A stretch of 64,000 bases of DNA from positions 186,001-250,000 of the forward strand of contig CDMY01000366.1 of the NCBI GenBank assembly GCA_001179505.1, read 5' to 3'. The notes under the pieces are model-generated. The model was not told where the DNA came from, searched no databases, and was given only the letters and a program-made list of their open reading frames with translations. This stretch comes from Vitrella brassicaformis CCMP3155. Its lineage: Eukaryota; Protista; Chromerida. A program made the position numbers and the translations under genes. Of this stretch, positions 25,577 to 35,286 are shown piece after piece (position 1 is the first letter of the stretch; every line of letters begins with the position of its first letter).

Positions 25577-25879
25577 CTATCGCTTTTCAATGACATCGAT
25601 AAGGTCGGGGAAAAAATGACACAAAGCATAAACAAGTTTAGTTTTATCAAAATCGATCCAATAATTTTCGGAAGTAAGAAAATATATTTCAAAAAAAAAT
25701 GAATTTAAAAACTTTAAATGAAAATTATCCTCTATAGTTTCTACGCATTTAACTTCGTATATACGATTTCCGTCGATACAATCGATTCTGCCATTAATTC
25801 TAACTTCCTTATTGTTAAAGTATGTTTTCTTTTCTAGATTGTTCTCACGGCACGGCATTGAATGAACAACAAAGATCAT
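25577..25879 (-). pseudogene. AT-rich foreign fragment encoding a partial PD-(D/E)xK (RecB/Cas4-like) nuclease domain; candidate giant-virus-derived endogenous element
   Basis: Hand count: 55 G+C in 220 bp (25%) over 25621-25840, against a clearly GC-rich background. ORF reads NNLEKKTYFNNKEVRINGRIDCIDGNRIYEVKCVETIEDNFHL, i.e. GxxD...ExK motifs. Intronless with AT-rich codons. Confidence 0.7.
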
Positions 25880-25996
25880 TGTCTGTCACTCCACCACTCA
25901 CCCACAGCAGGACAACAAGTGCCCTCCCTCCCCTCTGACACGCACGGACCGCCCTCTGACAGACTCAGGGATCCAACCAGCTATCATATCAATTAG

Positions 25997-27633
25997 TCAA
26001 CTATAATACTCCTGTGGCGGCGGCGGCGGCCGCCCAGACGGCGGCCCATAGGCATCATAGCCACCCCTGTGATGATACGGTACCCCCCCTCTGCCTCTCC
26101 CATACGGATGGTACCCCCGGCCTCTCTGCGGCCCATAGTAGCCCACACCTTGATACCCGCCTCCCCCACGATGATAATACTGGGGCGGTGGCGGTGGCGG
26201 TGGCACCGGAGGCCCAGGCCCGTAGTCATAGTCATATCCCCGCTGGTCTCGGCTGCCGTCCCAGGGAGGCCTCTCGCCGCCATACCTGCCGTTGGACGGA
26301 TGTGCCGCTGCTGCAGCGGGGGTGGGGGTGAGGATCGGCGGCCCACGTGGTGGGGCTGCTTGTGGCAGTGGTGCCGATGGGGCCATGGGGGGCGGGGAGG
26401 GCCTCGTCATCTGGTCACCACCCGAGGGGGCTGGTGGCTCTGCTTGTGGCAGTGGGAGAGGGGGCTCTGCCTGTGGCAGTGCCGCTGGCTCGGGTGGCGG
26501 TTGGTTGAAGAAGGTGGCATGGTCGATTCTCGGCTGGTTGGCGAACTCAGTGTTCTCGAGCAGATCCACTGATGGCTGCGCTGCGAGGGCCGCGCACAGC
26601 CGCAGCGCCAGATCCCTCGGCAGCTCCTGAATGAAGCCCGCACCGGACACAACACAGGTGCAGTCATGGCATGCGATGAGTGTGTCTGTCTATCGTGCGT
26701 CGTGTACCTTACCTGTCCGTCTCGGCTTTTCTTGAGAGGTTTGTCTTCGTTCCACGGGTTCCGGAGGTCACTGACACGCTCGAAGCTCAGCTGGCACTGA
26801 TGCAGCCACTGCACGTGAAAGTTGGGCGCCAACCGGGTCGAGAAATCGCCCCAGATGCCTGCACACATAGCCACCCACAGCCACACATACAGTGAGTGAT
26901 TCGTCCTTCAACCGTCTCTCTGTTTTCTTCTGTCGGCGTCTGCCGACCAGGGTAGAGCGATGTGTCCGGCAGCGATGCCATCCGCCCAAAGCCCTGGAAG
27001 CCCCCACTCTCGTTGGCCGAGAAGATGAGCACCACGTGGTCGCACTGCCGATAGGCGTCGCAGAAGCGATTGGTGTTGTTGGGCAGCGACGCCCATATCC
27101 CACGCTGCACAGACGTCAGGATGTTCCTCAAGCTGTGCGACTTGATGATGAAACACCGAAACGTCCCCTCCTCTGGCGGCGGCAGCAGCGGGAGCCTCTC
27201 GGGCGCCTCGGCAGGCGCGGCCGACACCACTGGCGGCCGCACTCGCTGCTCGAACAGAGGCCGTGGGCCGTTTATGAAGGGGACCCTTCCACCACCCCCT
27301 CCCTCCCGGCCGATTCTGCCCCCTCTCCACCCGGGCGGGCCCATGCGGCCGCCATCGCCCCTGCCGTAGCTCATGGGTGGGGCGAGAATGCCCTCGGCGT
27401 CGGCTCCTCGGGCCTCGTTGAGTCGCCCCTGCCTCTGTGTGTAGGCCTCCATCTTCTCCTCGGGATCTTCTGGGATGGCTTCCGGGTTGGCGATGATCAT
27501 CTTGAGGAACCAGTAGGGCAGCTTCTCGGGCGCCTGAGACTGGGGGAGCCGGTCGTGCCGCTTCCGGCAAAGAGGGCCGAGCTTGCAGAAGCCATACTTG
27601 AAGGGCACACACTCCTTGCGCTCCTGAGGACCG

Positions 27634-27664
<31 letters not shown>

Positions 27665-28044
27665 CACCACACACACGGGAGTGTCATCCATCCATCGGCT
27701 GTTTGTGTGCCTTCCTTCTTCACAACACAACGCATTCAACGCACCTCCATTTTGATGTGTTGGAAGACGCAGTTTTCATCGTTGCAGGTGCCTGTTTTGA
27801 GGAATGTGGGGCACTCGGGCATCCTGGAGAGGTCGTACTGGTGTAGGAAGTCGCAGGCATCGCCCTTCATGCACATGCCCTTGAGCCAGTGCTTGCACAC
27901 GACGCTGTGGCGCCCTCTGCCGGTGCTGCTGACGACATAGGCGGATGAGTGTCCCTGCACCTCCAGCTGCCGCTGCCTCTCCTGGTCCTGACGCTCGATG
28001 GTCTCCTCGAAGTCAAACGACAGATCCTGATCTCCGTCACCCAT
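25997..28044 (-). CDS. CPSF4: CPSF30/CPSF4 with CCCH zinc fingers fused to a YTH (m6A reader) domain
   Basis: VCKHWLKGMCMKGDACDFLHQYDLSRMPEC (CPSF30 ZnF). YTH motifs RCFIIKS, GIWAS, VVLIFSANESGGFQGFGRM and NPWNEDKPLKKSRDGQELP. P/G/Y-rich tail. Confidence 0.93.
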
Positions 28045-28188
28045 CACGAGGGACTCACCTCACCGACGGGCGGATCAATCGTACGGCGGCAAGAGGGGAC
28101 ACAGATCAACTCGAAGGTATCTCGAAAATGACGGAATTGTTGGGCGCCAACCACCCTCTCCCTCCGTAAGTTTCACGTTTGCCCTGTG

Positions 28189-29457
28189 ATGGCGATGCCA
28201 TCCACGCGAATGAGTGAGATGACTGGGTGTGCGGTAGGCAACTGCCTTGTTGACTTGCCAGATTCGTATGGCACTCGCTGTTTTCAATACCCTCTACACA
28301 CACCCCTGCCATCATCCTTCTTCGCCGACACCGTCGAGCGCCTCTACGGCATCCCTGTCGAGTCGCAGCGCCTGGTCATCAACGGCCTGGAGCTCTCGAG
28401 CCACCCCTTCATCCAGCCGTCCCTCATCGACCAAGGATGCTCGTTGAAGGTGCTGTTGCGTCTGGTGGGCGGCAAGGGGGGATTCGGGTCGCTGCTGCGG
28501 GGCCAGAAGGGTCGTCAGAAGAAGACCACCAACTTCGACGCCTGCCGTGACCTCTCCGGCCGCCGCATCCGCCACGCACAGGCGGTGAAGCGCATCAAGG
28601 ACTGGCTGGAGAAGAAGAAACAGGACGACGATCTCGTCAAGGCGCTGGGTGGGGGGGAAGCGGCCGTGACCAAGCAGCCGCACCAGCCGCAGCAGCAGCA
28701 GGCAGCTCCTGCTGTCGGTCTGGACGGCACGTACATCAAGGCTTTGAAGCAGCGTGCGGGGACGATGAAGGACATCGTGCGGGAGGGGCTGACTGAGGAA
28801 AGGAAGCGCACCGCCGAGCTGGCCAAGAAGCGGCCGCAGCCGTCGGGCAACATCAAGCGCCTGTGGTTCGAAGATCCATCACTCATCGACGACGAGGATG
28901 CCGAACAAGACCAGGACACCAAGGAGGAGGAGAAGGCAAAGCCGGCGTCGTCGTCTCTCTCGCCGCCCAAGAAGATGCCACCCACCGCCTTCAAGGCGCC
29001 TCCGCCCGTCCCCGCCCGCTCCGCTCCCCCCACCCCCTCTGTCCCCTCCAAGACCCCCGACACGCCCATCGACAGACCCCCGAGCGTGAACAACGCTGGC
29101 ACGTCTGAGTCGCCGCTGCCGGCCATCGACCAGCTGAAGCTGACATCTTCTCCCTCCCCCACACCCACACCCGCACCCGATGAGAGAGAGGGCATGGAGA
29201 TCGACGAGAGGAAGAAGGAAGAGGATGCCAGGTGGGAGAGGGAGGCGGCGGCCATCGACGTGTCGGCTGCGAGCGGGGCGTGGGAGTCGGCTGAGGGGCT
29301 GCTGGAGGTGTACCATGCGGATGTGATCAAGCACAAGCTCAAGCAGCTGGGGCTCAAGTGTGGCGGCACGCCGCTGGCGCGGGCGCAGCGGCTGTTTTTG
29401 CTCAAGACCACACCGATCGACCAGCTGCCCAAGAAACTCATGGCCAAGAAGACCTAA
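28189..29457 (+). CDS. SDE2: SDE2 (ubiquitin-fold-activated splicing/replication-stress factor) with C-terminal SAP-like domain; apparently intronless
   Basis: Ubl ending LRLVGG-KGGFGSLLRGQ, then TTNFDACRDLSGRRIRH, and C-terminal LKQLGLKCGGTPLARAQRLF. Exact start uncertain. Confidence 0.92.
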   Translation: MAMPSTRMSEMTGCAVGNCLVDLPDSYGTRCFQYPLHTPLPSSFFADTVERLYGIPVESQRLVINGLELSSHPFIQPSLIDQGCSLKVLLRLVGGKGGFGSLLRGQKGRQKKTTNFDACRDLSGRRIRHAQAVKRIKDWLEKKKQDDDLVKALGGGEAAVTKQPHQPQQQQAAPAVGLDGTYIKALKQRAGTMKDIVREGLTEERKRTAELAKKRPQPSGNIKRLWFEDPSLIDDEDAEQDQDTKEEEKAKPASSSLSPPKKMPPTAFKAPPPVPARSAPPTPSVPSKTPDTPIDRPPSVNNAGTSESPLPAIDQLKLTSSPSPTPTPAPDEREGMEIDERKKEEDARWEREAAAIDVSAASGAWESAEGLLEVYHADVIKHKLKQLGLKCGGTPLARAQRLFLLKTTPIDQLPKKLMAKKT

Positions 29458-30529
29458 CAACATGGCAAGATGGCAAGATGGGATGGGATGCACGTAGCGT
29501 AGCGAGCGGCGAAGGGGGGAGGGGCGGTGTAGCTTGCGTGAGAAAGAGGGGCGGGTTGTGGTCGTTGTTGGTGCGCTGCGGTGATGGTTGTTGCGAGCCC
29601 TATTGGTGCTGGTTTGGATTGCCGTGTTTGCCGATTTCATGCGAACGTTTGTGTGACCAGATTGTGCATCGTGGGTGTGTTCGGTCGGCTGAGATCGATT
29701 ACACACGCGGTGCACGAGTCGGGCGAAGACAGACGTTCGCTTGGAGGCGGGCGGAAGACGATGCGTGTTGGATGTTTGCCAGACTGGCCATGCGTGACAG
29801 GCGTGTGTGTCAATTCTTGAAGGACTGTCTGTTGCCATGGTCCGGTCCTCTTTCAGTTACTTACTTGCACACGCCAGGTAGGGGCATGCATCGCATCGTT
29901 CATTGTTCATTGTGTGGCCCGTAACTGTCCATGGGGCGTCACTCGAGCACCCATGGTCATCAGAAAGCCGCCCGTGTCAGTTTGGCTGTCCTGTCGATGG
30001 ACATTAGCCAGCCGCCTCCCATCACACAGAGAGGTGGGGGAGGGCCGCCAGACAGCCGAGGTCGATAGAATCAGCTGAGTGGTGCGGTGCGGTGCGGTGC
30101 ACGGGTGGGAGGCATGTGTTAAGAAACACGCGCGGACTGACTGAGAAATGTGTCCTCCCTCATGCATCGGATGCATCCATGGCAGGCCACCCACAGCCAC
30201 CGCCATAGTACACACTTCCACACCAACGCACGGATCGGATGCCATGCCGCACACAAAACATAATACATAAAACACACACATATACTACACACAGGCATGG
30301 CGGATACGGGAGAGAAACGTCCTCGATGCCTGGCATGGCCGCCCCGCCCCGCACACGCACACATAACATAGACACACACGTACACACGCACTACACGTGT
30401 CTGTCTGTCTACGACAGAAAAAGACGGCTTGGCTTGGCTTGCTCGCCGCTGGGCCAGGAGATGTGAGAAAGACAAATGAGCCATGCACAACACACGCATA
30501 GCACATTGGTGGTCTGTCTGTCTGCCTGC

Positions 30530-33073
30530 CTAAGTGGGTGGTGGTGTCGTCCATCCCTCAGGGATGGGCCCATGGTCAAACACCACCTCCCTGTGGCAGG
30601 TCCACGTCTGCAGGATGGCCTCGGGCGTGCCGATACCTGCTGCCATGGGGTCGCCAGCCGGACCAAACCTGCACACACGAACCGAGCGAGGCACACAGAC
30701 AGAGAGACAGCGACACGAAGTGAGCACAAAACAAAACGAAGGAAGCAAGACAGACAGACATGGGAGCCGACCAGTGGTTTTGTGGCGCGCCGGTGGTTCT
30801 GGCCCTCAGCCCTGCGTATGTGGTGCCGTTGACGGTGCTGCCCAGGATCTTCTGAAGGAACAACATGTCACTCGACACCACGGCTGCCGTCAAGTGGTGA
30901 GACATCCTGCACACACACACACACACACACAAACACACAAACACACACACACAGACACACACATATACCCAACACACCAGTCGCCTCCTCCTCAGAGATG
31001 CATTCGTTGGCACAGTCGCTCTGTACTGTACCATTCGCACATCTCGATAAGCTTGCCTTCCTCTCCGTCTTGCCACTCAGTGACCACCTGCACCGGCCCG
31101 AACAGCTCCCTCGTGCAGGTGGGGAAGAAGTTGGGCTGCAGCAGCGTGTCCAAAGGCACCAGCACTGCAGAAGGCTCCACGGCACCATACTGCTCCGGGA
31201 TCTTGTGGTCCTCCAAAGGACGGCCGCCAAACAGCAGGCGGGCACCGGGGAGACTCGACAAGGCCTGCACCGCACCCGTGGAGGATTTGCGGTTGTGGTG
31301 GCTGCGGTGCGTGTGTGGGTGGGTGGTGACGTGAGTCACCAACCTCGATGTGGTCCATGATGTCTTTGGTGGTGTGGGAGAGCACTGGCGACAACGTCAG
31401 CTCAGCCAGGCTGCACACACGAAGCGAAAGGACACACACGTATCGTATGGATGATGGATGGAGTGCCTTGCGTTGCCTTGCATTGTGTGGTCAGACATTT
31501 GTGTCTGGCCCGGCTGGTTGACCTTCTTCTCTTGGCGAGTGCGGCGACCTTGTCGTAGAGGCCAGCACTCACCCAGTTCTTGTGCGCGGCCACCAGCGAC
31601 TGCGCAGAACACTTCTGGCCTGAATTGAATGAAACACGCAATCAGTGAAAAAGAAAGAAACCGTCTGTCGAGTCGATCGCGTTGCTTGTGTCGTGGCCGT
31701 GTTGTGTTGTGTGGTGCGGTGGGGATGGCGGTAGGTACCGCACGTACCCGACATGGCGTATGCGTCCTGGTCGCACTGCCAGGCCACGTACTCGGGGTCA
31801 CTCACATCGGGACCCAATATCTTCCTGACAGACAGACAGACAGACACAGCAGCCAGGCAGCCCACCACACACACACACACCGATACACATGCAGACACCA
31901 TAGATAGGGACGGACGGTGGCATGGCCTTGTGTCGCGATGGATGCCATATGTACCAGTCGAAGCCAGAGTCCTCTGTCTTCATGCGACCCTTGGTGAGCT
32001 TGCTGAGCTTCTCAGAGGTCTCGGACGAGCCTGTGAACTGCACCATGCGCACGGCAGCACGGCTGACCAGATCACTCATCACCGGACCCCTGAGACACAC
32101 ACACACACACACACACACAGACATGCAGAGAGAGAGAGAGAGAGAACGATATGCCTCTCTGCGCACACACATGCAGGATTCTCTTATCATGCCTGTCTGT
32201 GTGTATGAGGGTATGGTTATCTGTACCTGCAGCTGATGAAGTCGATTTCGTCCTTGGGGAGTCCGCAGAAGTGCATGAACCGGATGAACTGCTCGACGGG
32301 CATCCCCATGGTGCTCTCCGTCTTGACCACCGGCTTGTTGCCCACCATCGCCGCGCCCAACATCTACACACACACACGCACACAATGGTCCGTTGTCGCT
32401 GATGTGGACCAAAGTACTTATCCCTCCCACCCACAAACACACCTGCATGCCGCAGATCTCTAGAGGGAAGTTGAAGGGGGAGATGACGGCCACGGGGCCG
32501 TACGGCCACCTGTACCCTTGCGACTGCTGCCCGAGATGGTCCCCCGCCACGGTGAAGCCACGACACAGGAAACGTACCTGCACACATACAATACATGTAC
32601 ACACACCAATGTCAGTCAGTCAACGGGCAACAAACCACGATAGACCCCGGCTGGCTACCATTGATGTGATACGGCCTGCTCCTCTCCCTCCCTCCCTCCC
32701 TATCAATCATTCACTAGTTCCTTAGTTACCGAGTCGCCGCTGAAGTTCTCCAGGAAGGTGCGGATGATGGTCATCTCGCCCTTGCACTGCACACACACAC
32801 ACACACACAGACACACACACAGGGATGGGATGCCCCTTCCCTGCCTTGACTCGTCCCCCGTCCCGTGTGTGTTTCAAGGTTGCCTGTGCGTATGACTTGG
32901 GCATGACCCTCTGGATGCACTTGACGAAGAAGTCGAGCACCTCGGGGTCGTGCAGGTGCTCGGCAGCCTTCTGGAACACACGGCCGTACATCAGATACCT
33001 GAATGAATGGGCAATGTGCAAAGTGCATAGACGCGAAGCCACCTGACGTGTGTGTGTGTGCTCTGTGTGTGTG

Positions 33074-33115
<42 letters not shown>

Positions 33116-33562
33116 CTCTCCGGGCTTTTGAGTGGGTTGTGTCGGCCGCTCTTGGGCACCTTCTTCAGACTCGATACAAACGGACCCAACTCATCGCTCT
33201 GAGTCACACACGAATCACACACCCATCCAAAGACAGCCCATCCATTCACTCACACAGCCGTGGCACATCCATCCATCCATTTGTCCATTGCTCTCATGCC
33301 TAGTACCTACCGTCGTTTTCGGTGCCTTGATGAATGGTTCGCCATTGAGTGGGTCCACCACGCTATAGGTCTCCTTGGACTTGCGCCATTCGCCCTCGAC
33401 AAGGTTCTCGATGTGGTGGACTTCGCTGGCACTCAGCGACACGGGATCTACGGTGGCGAACTGGCTGACTGTGCTGAACAGACGGCAGGGGACGGAGCGC
33501 CAAGCCGATGGATGGACCGAGGCATGCCGCAAAAGGCTGGGACGCAGTGCTGACGTCAGCAT
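30530..33562 (-). CDS. ALDH12A1: Delta-1-pyrroline-5-carboxylate dehydrogenase, ALDH12 family, mitochondrial
   Basis: Mitochondrial presequence-like N-terminus. Motifs RWPYGPVAVISPFNFPLEI, FTGSS, EDSGFDWKILGPD, AWQCDQDAYAMSGQKCSAQS (catalytic Cys), ELFGP and TTGAPQNHWFGPAGDP. Confidence 0.95.
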
Positions 33563-33601
33563 AGCGGCTGCCTCCTCGTCACTCTTCCGCTCGACCTTTT
33601 C

Positions 33602-33636
33602 TAGGGTTTCAAACCTTCAGGGTATTAAACCCTGAA
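33602..33636. promoter_or_regulatory. Telobox-like motifs and 8-bp inverted repeat just upstream of ALDH12
   Basis: TAGGGTTTCAAACC followed by TTCAGGGT-attaa-ACCCTGAA, 40-75 bp upstream of the ATG at 33562. Regulatory function is inferred from position only. Confidence 0.4.
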
Positions 33637-34330
33637 CTTGCGCGCGCGCGAGCCTCGCGAGCGGCGAGTTGGGCAGACGATGCAATGCATCGTCGGGGGG
33701 AGCTAGGTCATGCAGGCAGGCAGGCTGCTCACATACATACATACATACATACATACATACGTACAGACAGACACACGAACAGCCACACTCACGGACAGAC
33801 ACACCCGGACAGACAGACGTTTCTACTCGTCCGTGAGAGACAGGAAGGGATACGTTAAATGAAGGGTGTGTCTCGCTTTTTCCCTGTGCCATTCATCTGT
33901 TTCTGACTGACTCTGTCTCTGTCGGTCGGTCAATCTATCGGCAACATGTATGCATGCCACACCGACAACGCCCCCTCCCTCTGTCTACTCTGCCGGCGAT
34001 GTGCGATCGTTCTCACCCAGCGCATCGTCATCGTCATCATCCTCACTATGGCCAGCCTCGTCCCGTACCCACAGCGTGCACTCACTCATCAAGATCGTCA
34101 CCATGGCCAGCCTAGCACTCATCAAGAGAGGGAGAGAGGAGAGAGATACGGAAAAACTGTGTGCGTGTATGTACAGACGACAGACGGACAGACAGACAGA
34201 CAGACCGAACCTTTCGCATCAATGCAGCGAGGCAAAAGCAAGCACTGAAGTGTAGACGGTGATGTGTCGCGCGGGGCAGCACACAGGCCAGTGGGCTACT
34301 GATTCGCCGCTCCCGCGCTCTGTCTGCCGC

Positions 34331-35126
34331 TCATGTGGCCACCTCTGCCGGGTCGAGAACTCGGATCTTCAAGCCCCAGTGGTCGGCAAACTCTTTGATG
34401 ACACAGCGGTACTCTTCGGGCAGGCTGGGGTGGACGGCCACCTCAAGGCCGAAAACCGGGTAGCCATGTATGGCTGTGCACACACATCGCACACAAACAG
34501 CCAAGTGGCACTCGTCAATTCGCTCCAACTAACTGCTTTTTCTCATACGTACGTTCCTTGAGGACGGTGTACATGTTGGTGTAGAAGGTGTGGATGTCCG
34601 TCCCGGGCGTGGTGCTGCACTTGCTGAATGCGTTCCAGAAGCGCTGCACAGTGTCCCGGTCGTCCTGCCGAGGGCCACCGTTGAGCTGGAGCTCCTTGCA
34701 GACGTATGCCAGCTTACCCGCGACGGTCTCCGGCGCCAACATAGTGGGCTGGCGAATGAGTCTGGCGTCGTGTAACGCCTTGATGAGGAGCTTCTCGAAG
34801 ACTGTGCGGGGGTTGAGAAGCCCTTCCGCCATCATCAGGCGCTTCTCGTAGTCGAGCAACAGCTTGTCCTTGTCTGCAATCCGCTTGTCCTTCTCCTGAA
34901 TGAGCATGTCCTTGCCCGCAAGCAGCTTTTCCAGCATGTCCTCCTTCGCGGCAAGCCGCCTATCCTTCTCCGCCAGCAGCTCCTTAAGCAGCTGATCCTT
35001 GGGCGGCATGCCCGTCGTCTTGGCCGCGTGGAGGCGTGTGCTGGGGTTGGGAGGGGTGCGTAGGGGGACGATGAAGGCGGCGGAGAGGGTGAGGGACAAG
35101 AGCGCGACTGTCACGCAGAGCCACAT
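34331..35126 (-). CDS. Signal-peptide protein with (E)KD-repeat coiled coil and uncharacterised C-terminal domain (2 exons)
   Basis: MWLCVTVALLSLTLSAA-FIVPLR signal, then LLAEKDRRLAAKEDMLEKLLAGKDMLIQEKDKRIADKDKLL. Intron 34474-34552 joins LKE-P-IHGYPVFGLEVAVHP...EYRCVIKEFADHWGL. Stop at 34331-34333. Confidence 0.8.
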
Positions 35127-35194
35127 CGCGGTGGATCTCAGCTAGGCGTAAGATAATTCATGACGTGTCCGTTCGGTGAAGTGAAGCATCCGAC

Positions 35195-35208
35195 AGGGTT
35201 TGAAACCC
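35195..35208. promoter_or_regulatory. Palindromic AGGGTTTGAAACCC motif in a bidirectional promoter
   Basis: GGGTTT-G-AAACCC palindrome between divergent ATGs at 35126 and 35287. Near-identical to AGGGTTTCAAACC at 33603. Confidence 0.4.
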
Positions 35209-35286
35209 GGAAACCTTGCGAGCCAAGGTGGAGGGGAGAATCCGGTTTACTTGTTGGTGCGTTGGCGCCCACCCGACACTGTCGCC

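Noticed and set aside
25600-25900. Mimivirus early promoter AAAATTGA or terminal repeats/target-site duplication around the AT-rich island
   Set aside because: The exact motif was not seen and no clear flanking direct or inverted repeats were found, so the insertion mechanism is unsupported.
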